A stretch of 64,000 nt of DNA, taken from Piromyces finnis finn. Taxonomy: Eukaryota > Fungi > Neocallimastigomycota. Position numbers and translations under genes: made by a program. The DNA is taken from assembly GCA_002104945.1 (NCBI GenBank), contig MCFH01000019.1:186001-250000 (forward strand), given 5' to 3'. Below are positions 33,469 through 54,415 of the stretch, piece by piece (within the stretch, counting starts at the first letter, position 1; every line of letters starts with the position of its first letter). Below the pieces are notes generated by a model. The model was not told the DNA's origin. It saw only the letters and a program-made list of their open reading frames with translations, and searched no databases.

Positions 33469-35528
33469 ATGGAATTTAGAAAAAATAAATATAAATTTCC
33501 ATCAGGAAAAAATCTCAGCACTTATCCTTATTATAACAGAAATGCTTTATATAATAATAAAAGTAATACAAATAATGATGGTACAACAACGAGAAAAAAT
33601 AAATCTTTTGAAAGAAAAGAAAATAATTGGCATTTCACTTCAGAAGAATTAAATACCAATACACCATCAATTAAAGATGGATATACCCTAAAGGAAGAAT
33701 TAAAACAACGCTGGAAAGCTTGTGCATTTATTATGTCCATTGGAATAACTATGAAAATGTAATATATATTATATATTTTTTTAATTATGTTTTTTGGATA
33801 TTAGAATAGATTAAAATTATATATATTATATTATATATTATTTTATATACATTTTATATTATAACATTATACATAATATATTATTATTTATTTTCTCTCT
33901 CTCTTTCCTTCTTTTTTGTTACTGACTTTTTTTTTTTTTTATTATTTATATTGGTTAAATAAAATCTATTTCTTTTTCATTATTATTTATTATTGAAATA
34001 AATAAGACCTCAAACCACTATTGCTACAGCTTGTACTTTTCTTCATCGATTTTATTGTAGAAAAAGTTTAAAATATTATCCATCCTATGTAAGTTAAATA
34101 TATATTATATTATATTATATTATATTATATTATATTATATTATATTTATTTATTATAGCTTATAATAGAAATAGATGCGTCGTTTCTATTATTATTATTA
34201 TTATTATTATTATGTTTATTATTACTATTATATTAATTATTATGATAATAATGTTTAAAATATATATATTCCTATTCCTATACCTATTCCTTTAAATATT
34301 ATAAATTTTATTTAAATAATAATAATAAAAAAATAAAGGAAATTGCTGCTGCTTCATTATATTTAGCATCAAAAGTAACGGATACACAGAGACGTCTAAA
34401 AGATATTATTATAGTATGTATTTCAAAAGCTCAAAAGAATGCTCATTTAAATATCAATGAAAAAACACATGTAAATATTAATAAATCAATGATAAATTAT
34501 ATTATTATTATTATAACAATAACAACATTAAAAAAAAAATAGTTTTATATAAATTTAGTAATTCTTAATATACCTATTAAAAAAAATATTTTTCTAGGAA
34601 TTTGAAAAATGGAAACAAACCATTCTTTTTCATGAATTGGAATTACTGGAAATTATTTGTTGTGATATTATTGTCGATCATCCTTATACTTATTTATTAA
34701 ATATGGCAGAAAAATTTAATGGTAATTATTAAAGAAAAAAAGAGAATAAAAACAAAAAAAAGTAAAATATAAAAGAGCAACAACAACAACAAAAAATAGA
34801 GTTTAAATTAATCATTTTTTTTTTTTTTTTATAAATTATTATAATTAATTATATATATAAAAGATACCGATTATTCTCATATAATAAAATTAGCATGGTG
34901 TTTTATTAATGATAGGTAACATAATAAAGTATTTCAAAATTTTATATAGGCTTCATTGTTTCTAATTTTTTTTTATATTATCTAATAATATATGTATATT
35001 ATGCATATATATAAATATTTTTTTTTTTACATGTATTTTTTTATTTAGTTTTAAAACGACAATGTGCTTGAAATATTCACCACAAGTTATTGCGGCAAGT
35101 GCTTTATATATGGGTAAATATAAGGATAAAGATATTATAAAAAAAAAAAAAACATTTAAATAATAATAATAGTTTAATTAAATTTATTTTTAATAAATTA
35201 ATAACAACAAATATTATGATTATTACTCTATGCTTATAAAATAATATTAATACTTAAAAAAGCATGTAAATATAATAAATCAGAATTAGTTTCTAAAAAT
35301 ACCCAAATGTCATGGTGGAAAGATTTCAACATTAATGAACAAGAATTATTAAAAGCAACACTTGAATTATCCGATGTCTATCTTCGAATCATAGAAAAAA
35401 ATAATCCAGAAAATCTAGGGAATGATAAATTACCATCATCGGTAGCAGAACCAGCAAAAGAAAAAATGCAAAGTACTTTACAAAATTCAGAGAGTAAAAA
35501 TACACCTTCTTTAACACCATCACCATAA
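33469..35528 (+). CDS. Transcriptional cyclin (cyclin K/T, Pch1-like); 7 exons: 33469-33758, 34007-34088, 34339-34470, 34598-34721, 34864-34915, 35049-35113, 35263-35528
   Basis: Manual GT-AG splicing keeps the frame and gives TIATACTFLHRFY, EIAAASLYLASKV, ELELLEIICCDIIVDHPY, LAWCFINDS and YSPQVIAASALY, all cyclin K/T/L-family motifs. Confidence 0.87.
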
Positions 35529-35538
35529 AAATAGTTTA

Positions 35539-35573
<35 letters not shown>

Positions 35574-36043
35574 AAATATTATAATAATAATAGTAATAAA
35601 TAATAATAAATAATATATAAATAATAATAAAAAATATTATATATATTGCCATCCAATAAATCATTTATGCAAAAAAAAAAAAAAAAAAAATAGTTTTTTT
35701 TTTTAATTTTAAATATTTTTATTATTATATTTCTTTATCCTAAAATACACAAAAAAACAAAAAAACAAAACATACCAAAAAAAAAAACTCACAATATTAT
35801 AAATCAGGAACTATTAACCCTATAATTACCTTTTTTTTCTTAAAAAAAAAAAAGTGACCTAATTATTGTATTCATTTCAATTAATATTCTAAAATAAATT
35901 CTTTTATACATTAAAAAAAAAAAAAATTTTTTTTTTTTTATACTTGCTTCCCTTGTTAATTATCTTCCCAATAAGTTTTTAAAATCGATAGAAATTTTAT
36001 TTTATTATTTATTTATTATTATTATTATTTATAATTAAACTTT

Positions 36044-36290
36044 TTAAAAACGTAAATCCCATAAAGATAAATTGACAGAATTGGCTGTCCAAAATCCAAA
36101 TAAATTATTACTATGGTCTAATTGAACCATGGTCTTGGTATTATTAGTATAATTTGGTAAATGTTTACTTAGAATCATTTCACCATTACTGATATTCCAT
36201 GCTCTTACTTGACCATCCTGACCAGCTATTTAGAAAATATATATAATATATAATATATTTTTATAAAAAAAAATATATATATATATATTA

Positions 36291-36340
<50 letters not shown>

Positions 36341-38267
36341 TTTTATTTTTATTTTTTATTTTTATTTTTATTCTTACCTGTGACGACAATATTTTTATAC
36401 GGGTCCACCACTATATTATTCATTAAATATTCATTATGATTACCATAAAGTTCCTGAACTACCCAATGATGATTTTGATTCATTTTAGATTGTCGAGATG
36501 ACGTTCCTCCTCGTATATCCCATATATAAATCTTTTAATATATATAAAGAATTAATATCTAATTAATATCTATTATGATATATATGATAAATATAAATAT
36601 ATATAGTTCATTTATTTTAAAATAGGAGTGATTATTAGTAATAATTTATAATTTATATCATGATCCCATTTTTTTTTTTTTTTTTTTTCCATTTGGCATA
36701 CTTACTTCTCCGTCCATAGAGTTAGATATAAATAATGAAGAATTAAGTTGTTGTATATCACATATTGATAATTTATGTTTAATAAAATTTTTATGGGTAT
36801 TAAGCTTTAAATTGTGTAAATCTATAACTTCAATACTGCCATTTCGACATCCATTATATAATAAATGATTCTAACATTGTAAATAATACCAAACAAATAT
36901 CATCATTATCATGGAATAGTAATAATAATTATTACAGTAAATATTTTTTAGAGATAGATAAAATAAAAGTATATATATTATTAGTAATAGTATAATATAT
37001 TATATAAAATATATTATTATTATTTATTTATTTATCTGTAGATAATTTATTTAGAGGTTATTCATACTTTTGTATTTTTCTGGACTAATATATCTGTTTT
37101 AATTGGCATGGGTATAGTATGATGTTTAATATCAGAACAAATACTTTGGAAGTTTTGATGTATTAAGGCATTTGATCGATCACCTAATAATAAATAAATA
37201 AATAAATAAATATAAATAATATTTTATGTCATTATAATAAGAGCATATGAATGTAAATTAGTGTGTATGTTTTACCTATCGTTATATAAGATTCTAAAGA
37301 ATCAGAAATACTACAACATTGAATAGAAGAATTTTTATACGGTACTTTTTTAATTAATGCTGTTGATTAAATTAAAAAAAAAAAAGGAATAAAAATAAAA
37401 TTAATATCAATATATATATAGTTTAATCGTCACTACACTAAGAAAAAAAGTAAATATATATATATATATATTTCATTGATGAATTTCATTAAAAAAATTA
37501 ATTATTACATACACATTATTGGAATGGATTCTTCATTAATATTATTTAATATATATTTATAAATGATTAATGTTCCAGGTTCAGATTCTCCTCCTAAAGA
37601 CGTTGCACTTTTATTTCATTTTATAATAAATAATATATATATATAATACATAAAATAAAATACATACATGTTATATAATAAAAAATTATAAATAAAAAGT
37701 ATAAATAAATGTGTGTTAATAAAATGACTTTTTTTTTTTTTTTAGATCTATAATATTAATATAATTAATATATATATATTTAATTATATTTGTAAATAAT
37801 ATTTACAACATATGATAATTAAAGGGATCATGCTCAAAAATATTGATAGCACTAACTTTGGATGAAGCAATTTTTGTACAGGACGAAATTGAATTTTCAT
37901 TATTAATTCGTTCTCTTATTTTTATACTTTTTTTTTTTTTTTTCATTTATAAAAAGTGATCATATACCAAAAAAAAAAAAAAAAAAAAAAGGTAAAATAA
38001 AAAATAATGAATTAGATAATTGAAATGAAATTTAATAGCAATTACTATATAATTAATATTATAAAATAAAAAAGTGATGTAAAATAAATAAATAAATAAA
38101 TATATAACTTGGAAAACAAAAAGGAATACCTTGCATATCCATTAACATGACCGAGAGCTATAAATTTTCCTGATTGAGAAAGTGATAAATTTGATATTTC
38201 TCTATGACGAGTTGTTTGTCGACATTTCATATTTGAAAGTAATTTATTATAGATATAGCTATTATTG

Positions 38268-38299
<32 letters not shown>

Positions 38300-38785
38300 A
38301 ATTGAGAACATTTATTTTAAAAAGTTTGATTAATTTTTCTTCCTCTTCTTCTTATTATGATAATTTTTTTTTTTTTTACCTTTCAATATTATTATTCCCA
38401 AGGATACATCCCATTTCTCGATTCATCAAAAGTGAATTTATACTATTATTTTTATTATTATTCTTTTTAAAGTACGAAATAAAAAATTATATATATATAT
38501 ATATATTATTTTTTTTTAAAAAATTATTATTTATAAATGGTATATACTTTTGACATCTATACAACAACAACAACAACAACAACAAATTATGAATTATAAA
38601 AAAGTAATTTATACCTTTATTTTTAATTTTTCCATATCTTGTTGTAGTTTTATTTTTTCTTCTTTTTTTTTTTGTATTACCGAAACTTGTGAATATTCGC
38701 TGGTTGAAGGTCCGTTTTTCAATACTTTGAAATATTTCTTTTTTTCTTTATCATAATAATAACCGGGTATATTAACTATTTCATT

Positions 38786-38816
<31 letters not shown>

Positions 38817-39438
38817 GATTTCATAGTACAATTAGTAATGAAATTTCTAATTTCTAATTTATAAATATGACGAAAAAAATTTATTCTTTTTCTTGTTATT
38901 TAATTTAAAAATTTTATAGTAATTGAATATGGTGAAAATAAATGAAATAGCGATATTTACGAATATTTGGTTCGTTATTATTATCATTATCATTATCATT
39001 ATTTCTATTGTCGCTCGTTGAGGAATTTGAAAGAGTATGCTGAGAAGTGGATGACGACGAAGTATGACTAGGAGGAGAATAATAACTGGAACTTGCTTCA
39101 TAATTTGAATTTCGAAATTTTTTATTATAATTACTTTTATTATCTTTTTTTTTTTTTTTATGTGGAAAAAAAAAGTTTTAAATTAGATGTAAATGAAATA
39201 TTCTATAATTTATTTAAATTACCCTTTATATAAATAAAATTAGCTACTTACATTTATTTTTTTTAAACGAATGTTCATTATTATTATTATTTGAGTTCTC
39301 CCTTTCATTTCTATCGTTGTTAGGTTTTCTAAAATGTTTGAAATTTTTTTTATTATTGCCTGAATATGAATTGCCCGAATTTGTTCGGTTTCGTTTATAA
39401 TTAAAAGGTTTTTTACCTTTACTGTTACATCTTTCCAT
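36044..39438 (-). CDS. WD40 protein, DCAF4/WDR21-like; multi-exon (first exons 39438-39253 approx., 39143-38961, 38775-38615, 38462-38370 approx.; last exon ends at 36044)
   Basis: IPGYYYDKEKKKYFKV resembles the DCAF4/WDR21 N-terminal motif, and LLMNREMG is H-box-like. WD repeats include LSLSQSGKFIALGHVNG and AGQDGQVRAWNI. Internal exons are only partly resolved. Confidence 0.72.
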
Positions 39439-40339
39439 TTTTATAATATAATGTACTGCTTTAAAATTTAAATTTTTTTTATTTTACTTGAAATTATATA
39501 AAGATTTAAAAATGTCTAAATGGTTTAAAAAAATATTTATTAAATGTCTTTTTTCTTTTTTTTTTTCTTTCTTTCTTTCTTTTTTTTTTTTTTTTTTTTT
39601 TTTTTTTCAAAGCAACATATTAAAATGTAATATAATTTGTTAATTTGGTTTTAGGATTTGAAATTTCAAAAAAAAAAAAAAAGTCTAATGTTATATTATT
39701 AAATTGTTATGAATTTCTTATTTTTTTTTTTAACGATAGTTTATTCCTTTTTTCATTTTAAATATAAATATATGAACATATAAAATAATGAATATTTTTT
39801 TTTATTGTTAAACTTTTCCTTTTTTTTTTTTTTTTTCTCTTACTTTAAAAGTGAAAAAATTTTAGGTTGGTAAAGGGTAACATTTAATATTTTTTTTAAT
39901 CTAAAATTTTTTGGAAAATATTAATAATAAAAAAAAAATTTACTGCTACTCTGCTGCTTAGTAAAATATTTAATGAAATCTTAAAAAAAAAGAATCACAT
40001 CAATCCTCTCAATTAAAGAAAGCTCATTAAAAGTATTTCATATTAAAAAATAAATCATTTCTTTATTCTATTCATAATAAAACATTATTGTTTTTATATT
40101 TATAAAATTGTGATTTCTTTCTTTTTTTTCAACTTTTAAAAAGAAATTACAAAATTACCAAAAAAAAAAAAAGAAAGAAATAAAACGGGGACAATGTTAT
40201 TAAATAATTAAAAGTTACCCTACAAGTAAATAAAATTAATTTATTTTAATATTTTTCAAAAGTTTTTTTTTTTTTATTATTATTATAAAACAGAAAGAGT
40301 TACAATACTAGTAATAAAAATTTAAATATTTCTGTTATA

Positions 40340-42118
40340 ATGAATAATAATAGAAATGATTTAATTTCAATAAATCAACAAGATAAATATCCATATTCCA
40401 TCAATTTATATGACGCCATTCCTGAATTTGAAATACCCATACAATGTTTTGAAGAATATGCTACCCGAAGAATTAATATTTATAATACTATCACTAAAGT
40501 TAAGAAAGAAAATATAATTAATCCCATAAATAGTAATGAAGTTTATCGTTGTGTAAGAGAAAACTTACCTCTTTTTAGTAATGATTATGAGATACCACAG
40601 TCTCTTGAAATCTTTAAACAACAACAAATTAAAATACAAGAGAATTTTAAACAACGTCAAATTGACCATGCTAGTTACTACATTTTATTATTGTTATGTT
40701 GTCGGGATGTGGAAATGCAAGAATGGTTAATAAAATGTGAAATGTCACTTTTTCAACTACGACTATATAACTTGGAACAAAAAGAAAAAGAGGAATTTAT
40801 ACAATCATTACATTTAAAGTATCAAAGAGCAACACGACAAGAATGTCAAGAATGTAGAAAATATATTTATTATACCAATTCAAATGAGATATACAAAGTA
40901 ATTATTATTTCTTATAATTTATAACAATAATAGCAGTAGTAGCAGCAGCAGTAGTAGTAGTAGTAGTAATAGTAGTAACAGTAGTAGTAGTAGTAGTAGT
41001 AATAGTAGTAACAGTAGTAACAGTAGTAGTAGTAGTAGTAGTAGTAGTGAATAACATTAATAATAAACTAGTATTAAAGACGTATCTTTTAAATTTTTTT
41101 TTATAAAAAATAAAAATAAGTTATTAATATTCATAATTTTATTTATTTAAATATATATATATATATATATATGTATTTTTTTTTTTAAAAAAAAAAGGTA
41201 CCTTTTGAATTAGTTTCAGAATTAGTAAGGAATAGAAAAATTATTATAAAGAAAGGGACAGCTTTTATTAAAAAAAATGATATAGATATAATAGTAATTG
41301 ATTTATTTAAAAAGAATATTCAAAAGCATCTGGAATTAGTAGAAAAATTAGTAGGTTTGATACAAAATGATTTTGATTATGTTTTTTCTTTATTAGATAC
41401 CTTGAGAAGTAAATGCCATTATCAAGTCACTACCCATTGGAAGAATAGTAGTATTTTAAAAGAAAATATCCAACATACTCAAGTAGAATCCTTAACGAAA
41501 TATTTCCCACCTTGCATGAATTTTTTATTTATAAAATTAAAAGACCATCATCATTTAAAATTCGCTGGACGAACTCAATTTGGTCTTTTTTTAAAATGTG
41601 GTGTAGGATTGAATCTTTTTGAATCCTTACAGTTTTGGGAAAAAGCATTTCAACCAAGATTTAATGCAATAGATTTCAAACGGGAATATGCCTACAATAT
41701 ACGTCATAATTATGGTAAAGAAGGAAGTCGAATTGATTATAAATCCTTTGACTGTGAAAAAATACAGAATTACAATGAACCAAGTAATTTTGATCATTAT
41801 CACGGTTGTCCCTTTAAACATTTTTCAACTCAAAATTTAATTGATTATTTAAATCGATATTTTGATCAATATCAATCCTTATCGTCTTCCTCGCTAAAAC
41901 CATGGAATAATCCTATTCAACGAGCAAATTGTATTGTCACCATAACCAATTTAGTCCATCAAAAAAAGTATTGTCAAGCCTGTACCTATCTTCTTTATTT
42001 TATTCAATCCAATGGTCATTCCATGGAAAATTATTTAAATTCGGATTCAACTGAAAGAAGAATTTACCAACCCGATAACTTTTTTCTTTATAATTATAAT
42101 CATTTTGTGAAAAGTTAA
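40340..42118 (+). CDS. PRI2: DNA primase large subunit; exons 40340-40897 and 41198-42118
   Basis: DHASYYIL, VPFELV, FPPCM, HHHLKFAGRTQFGLFLK, YAYNIRHNYGKEG and HGCPFKH, with all four Fe-S cysteines present. Confidence 0.9.
40932..41049 (+). repeat. (AGT/AGC)n microsatellite in the PRI2 intron
   Basis: Direct reading. Confidence 0.9.
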
Positions 42119-42467
42119 AAAAAAAAGATATATTAATATTCTATATTGATACCACAGAACAATAAATAATAAAAAAAAATTATTTCATACATATACATAT
42201 ATATAATATTATTATACATTTCAAGAAAAAAAAAAAAAAGTTTAATAATAATCAAAAGATTTTAGTAGGAATAAAAGGAATGATAATAATAATTGTCATG
42301 ATGGAAGAATGAATTTAGCCCATAATATTTAAAAAAAAAAATAAAAAATTTTTACTATTCATTGCCATTATTTTCATTGTAAATACATAACAACATAATA
42401 TTTAATAAATATTAATATATAAAACAAGTTTATTATTTATCCTTTATTGTATATCATCTAAAGAATG

Positions 42468-42503
<36 letters not shown>

Positions 42504-42862
42504 ATTTTTTATGTTTGTTTTATAATAAAAGAAAAATATATATATATATATATATATAATTTATGATATGCATAATCATGTTATAATCATATTATTCATG
42601 TGTATGTGTAAAAACTTGTTTAATTAAAGTAGAATTTAATTGAATAATTTTCAAATAAAATTTTAAAATAACAAAGCTTTTTTTTTTTTAACTTTAAATT
42701 CAATAGATCTTAATTTAAATAATTAAAAAAGAAAATGTTAAAAAAAAAAAAAAAAAGTTATTTGATATTACTTTTTTATTATTATTTTATGTTTATTTGT
42801 ATATGCCTATGTATATATTATTTTAAATTGAAAAAGAAAAAATAGATAAATAATTATGGGAT

Positions 42863-42894
<32 letters not shown>

Positions 42895-42989
42895 CAAAAA
42901 ATAAATATATTTATCAATTAGTTATTATTAGATATCGATCATCATAATTACAAAGTTTATAAAAAAAAAAAAAAAGAAAAAAAATAAAA

Positions 42990-46638
<3,649 letters not shown>

Positions 46639-47405
46639 ATTGTTCTTAACTGTATTATAATAATAATTTTTTTAAAAATAAAAAAAAAAATTAAAAAACT
46701 ATTAATTAAAATTTTTATTAAATATAAAAAAAAAAATATTGATGATACATAATAATTAAACTTTTTTACCTACTATTTTTTGGTAAAAATTTAAATTATT
46801 GATTGGGTAAATTTCATTATTTTTTCAAAGTAATGAAAAACTTTATAGCAGCATCTTTATAAGAAGAGAAATGAATAAAAGAATCTTTTAACAAACATAT
46901 ATATTATTATAAATATTTATTTATTATTCATAATAATAACTATTGCTAATATTTTACAAGATCATTGATTAATTATTTGTAGTAGATAATGTAAAAAGCA
47001 AAGATAAAAAAAAAAAGAAAAAGAAAAAGAATAAAAAAAAAAAAAAGGAATAATAATGAATGATAAAAAAAAAAAAAAGTAAATATTATATGAATATATT
47101 ACTTTTATTATATAAGTAAATTATTATTTAAAAATGTTTTTATTTTAAATATATCTGTATTATTATTGGTAATAAATTAATATAGGTATAATAAACTTGA
47201 GTATTTTTTTTTTTACATCCTAAGTTTAGACATTTAAATTTTTTAAAAAATGAAATATAAAATAAAAATATAAAGATAAAAGTTGAAAATATTTAAAATT
47301 CTATTCATTTATTGTAAAGAAAGAATGTTGTTATGATCATTAATGATTCAATTTACATATTAAAAAAAAAAATCCTTTTTTTATTATTATTATTAATTGA
47401 TATGC

Positions 47406-49459
<2,054 letters not shown>

Positions 49460-50450
49460 TTTTCTTTTAAATTTACTCTCTTTTTTTTTTAAAAAAAAAA
49501 AAAAATATTATTAAAATTCTAATCTTTTCCTAAAAAGATTTCTATTCTATTTTAAAAGGGAAAAAAAAAACATTTTTATCTTTCTATTAATATCAACTGT
49601 AATTTTATTTTATATTATTTTATAATTCTAAAAGGAATAATAAAATAATATTTTTTAATTTTAAAACTATAATAAATATATAGTATTTATTAAAGAAAAA
49701 TGTTTACTAGAATAAATAATAGATACAAAAGTATTCTTTATGATCATCAATAAAACCATTATAGTTTCAAATAAATAGCATAAAAATAAATATATAAAAA
49801 AAAAGATGAATAATATATAGTTGTCTTATCCTCTTTTTATTTCTATATTCGTATTCTTATTTTGATATAAAGAATACTTTAACAAAAAATTTTATTTTCC
49901 TAAACTTTAATAAAAGTTGGTAGGATTTACCATAATTTTATGTTTATTCCATACTCTTAATACAATGAAAACAAAACATTTCTCTCTGTTTTATTTTATT
50001 TAGATATAAAATAAAATAAAATAAAATACAATTAAAAAAGGTTTTAGAAAAATTATAAAAGAGAAAACAATTTGTCAAAAGGGTTAAGTTTTTTATTAAT
50101 ATTATATAAAAAAAAGACAATATCTTATGCTTATGTGTTCTTTTTTTTTGTTTTGTTTATTATTAACTTTACTTTTCAGAGTTAGAATATAATAATTATT
50201 AATAAAAGATAAAAATAATATTTATGGAATTAATTACTTTGTCAATTTCTTTATCCATATTATTAAAAAAAAATATTTTAAAAAAATTCCAATTTCTTCA
50301 AAGTATTAATAACAAAAATGTCTTATACCATTGAATTATAATAAAAAGATATTTAATATTTATTAATGAATATAAAAGCAATAATAAAAGTTTTACTAAT
50401 ATTATCATAAGATTTGCCATATCATTTAATATTTATTAACAACCACCCAC

Positions 50451-50840
<390 letters not shown>

Positions 50841-51290
50841 AGTTTTATTATAATAAATTACTATTGTTGATTACTACTACTGTTGTTGAATACTAATAAA
50901 ATGAATAATAAATGAATAATATTTAATAATATTTAATACGAATATTAAAAAATAAAGGTTGCGGTCTTTCAAAAAGTTTTTTTTTTTCTTTTTAATAGGC
51001 TATAAATTAATTTATTTGCGGTTTTTTTTTTTTTTAAATAACAAAAAGATTTATTTTTTAATTTAATGTTTACTCTTAATATGCTGAAAACCATATCATT
51101 ACCGTTGTTATTATTATGATATTATTAATATTATTGTGGTATTGTCACTATTATTAAATAGAAAGAAAAGATGGCATCCGTACAAACAATGGTTTTATTT
51201 TTTTTTTGTCGTTACCTTTAACACATCAATTAAGCCATTAATAAACAATGAATAAAATAAATAAATGATGAAATATGAAATTGTCATTAT

Positions 51291-51490
<200 letters not shown>

Positions 51491-51831
51491 CTTTTTACAT
51501 TTTCCACTTTTTTTCCTTTTTTTATTGATGGCGGTGGTGGAAGGAGTGGATGAATTGGAATCCTAAAAAAAAAAATTTAAAGTTTTTAAAGTTGAAAATT
51601 TCTTAAAATTAAAAAAAAAACTTTTTTTTTTTTCATGCAATAAAATCACCAAACAAAAAAGAAAATCAAAGGAAGAATCAAGGCAAAACTTTTTTTTTTA
51701 TTATTTTAATGATTTTCAATGATTTTCATGAAAAAAGAAAAGAAAATTTTTGATGGAATATTATCATGACACATGATCAATAAAAAGAAAAAAAAATTGA
51801 ACACTAAAAAATGAATCATTTGAATATTCCA

Positions 51832-51864
51832 CAATGAACCTTTCGCAATGAACCTTTCGCAATG
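51832..51864 (+). repeat. 14-bp tandem duplication caatgaacctttcg (x2.4)
   Basis: Direct reading. Confidence 0.8.
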
Positions 51865-52876
51865 CATTTATGTCATTTAAATATCTTATTAAATATTTTA
51901 TTGAATAATAATAATTAGCTTTTTTTAACTTTTTTTTTTTGATTTCTTTACTTTAAAAGAAAACTAAAATTTATTTATTTTTTAATTTTGTTCATTTAAA
52001 TAATGTTTCCAAAATTTTAATTAATAATTTAATTTATTTCAATTTAATCTATTTAAAAATAAATTAATTATTATAAATATTATTATAAATATATAGTATG
52101 CATATATTATAACTGTATTGTGATATATACATCCAAATTTTTTATTGTAAATTAAAATGATTCATCAATTTTTATTTAGTATTATGAATTTCATTATATT
52201 GTAATATATGTACAAATAAATTGAAATATATATTAATAGAAAAGAGAATAATATTAATTTTTTTCATTATTAAAATTTTAAAATTTATTTAAAATCATAG
52301 AATATTCTTTTATTTTTATAATAAAAAATAAATGAATAAATTAATTAATTAATTAATAAATAATTATTTATGGCATCTAGAAGTGGTAAAAGTGGTGGTG
52401 GTGGTGGTGGAAGAATGTGAAAGTGGAAAGTATACATGTAAAAGGAAAGAGAGAATAACTTTTTATTTCTACTCAACATAGCATCATTGATATGTTATTA
52501 TGAAAGGAAAAATTATACCATTTATGATGATGTTGTGTTAATTAATCAGATTAGAATATTAAAGTTTTTAGAATTTTTTTTTCATTAAACTCTAATCGTT
52601 GTTGTTGATAAAAAATTTAGATTTTTAAGAATGGGTAAAGGATGAATTCATCTTTATTAGATGAACCACCGCTACATTTTATGTAGAGGAAGAATTAAAA
52701 TAACGTAAAATAGAATATAAAATGTAGCCATAAATAATGTAGAACAATAATATATAACCTATGTCAATTGTATGTTGCTATATGTTGCTATATGTTTCTT
52801 TTTTCTTGTCAACTTTAACATAATAAAAAAGTTTGTATTATGTGTTTGAGGTATCAATACTTTGTTCTTGTTTACG

Positions 52877-52996
52877 TTAGGGTTGAATTGATGATGATGG
52901 TGAAGTGCGCATTAAAGGAACAAACAAAATCCATCTTGAAAAGTCTTGTTGTTGTGCTGTGTGATAAAATTCATTTTCAATGGTGTAAAGGTTCAT
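52877..52996 (-). CDS. Candidate small ORF, 39 aa (MNLYTIENEFYHTAQQQDFSRWILFVPLMRTSPSSSIQP)
   Basis: ATG-to-TAA frame that coincides with a locally less AT-rich island; no homology recognised. Confidence 0.25.
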   Translation of the reverse strand: MNLYTIENEFYHTAQQQDFSRWILFVPLMRTSPSSSIQP

Positions 52997-53140
52997 TCAA
53001 AATTAATTTTACCTTTTCACAAATAAAATATTTAATTAAAAAACTATATAAAGTTTAATAATTATAAAATAGAAAGATAATAATTTCAAAGAGAAAGAGA
53101 TGAACCAAGCATTTCCTCATCAATACATTCAAATACATAC

Positions 53141-53185
53141 TAACAGATGCTAATAGGTGCTAATAGGTGCTAACAGATGCTAACA
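53141..53185 (+). repeat. 10-bp tandem repeat, variants in A-B-B-A order (taacagatgc/taataggtgc)
   Basis: Direct reading. Confidence 0.85.
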
Positions 53186-54415
53186 ATACACATACGACAT
53201 ACCTTTTAATAGTTATAGAATGATGATGCCAAATCAATTCATGAGGTCTTGTTGATTTATTTATTTTATTCATTTAATTGTTAATAATTTATTTATTTAT
53301 TTCCATTTGTATTATCCATTTAATTATTAATCATCATGTTATTTATTTAATTCAATGTGTGTTCATTTATATATTAATATAATATTTATTCATTTTCATT
53401 TATTCTATTCATTTATTAAATTTAGGATTCCATAAAGTAAAATGGAAATTCTTTTGTTTTAAATTTTTTTAAAAAATTTCAAAAAAACTTTAATTTATTC
53501 AATACAAATTAATATATGGTAGAGTTAATTTATTACAATATATAATTTTAAATTATTTTCATTTATTAGACATTTCATGATGGTATAATACTAAATAGAA
53601 ATTTCAAAATACTAAGGATATAACTAAAAACACATTCCAGGTTTCATTCATTCCCACCATCCTATTCCCATTATGAATTCAAATGATATTAACATGATCC
53701 TTTTTTCCATACCTTTCGCCATCATTACTTTTTTTTTTGCTTAGTCACTATTTTTTCTTGGGTAAAATAATGAAAAGGTGTTTATTTTCTTCATTCCTTA
53801 GTTTTAATATATTGTAGATTACAATATATTGTAAATATATCCTTATTATATATTATTTATTTACTGGTTTTATATTATTTTTATCATTTATATTATGGAA
53901 AATGTTATTTTCACCTATAAATTTCCTTGTACGATTTAATTTATTTTTCTGAACTTTAATTCATTGATTTTCCATTTTAATATATTAATAATATATAATT
54001 AATATATGTAATAATCAATTATCGAATTTATAATTTTTAATTAATTTGTCATTTTTTTAAAAAAAAGGATCGTTTATTATTATGATCAAAATGATATATA
54101 TTTGTCATAATTGTAATATATTAGAATATATTATAATATATTGTATTGTTCCTTTTCTTATTATTTAAAGTTGAAGGAAATAGCAACGTTTAAAATGTAT
54201 AATCCTATTAAAATAAATAAATAAATGAATGTATAAATAAAAAGTAAATAAATCAATTGTTCAAATTCAATATAGGCATTGTAATAATTAAAGGAATAAC
54301 AATTTATAAAGTAACCTTATTCTTACTAAACAAACGAACAACTAAACAAATAAATATAAATTTAAATAAATTATTATAATAGATAATGATAAATTAGCTC
54401 TGTTAATTAAACGAC

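Noticed and set aside
38859-39101. 80-aa ORF MKQVPVIILL as a separate gene
   Set aside because: The region is better explained as exon 2 of the WD40 gene in another frame with valid splice sites.
52840-53058. 72-aa plus-strand ORF, and an alternative frame ending SCCCAV (CaaX-like)
   Set aside because: No motif support; the CaaX-like frame is closed upstream by TGA with no usable acceptor.
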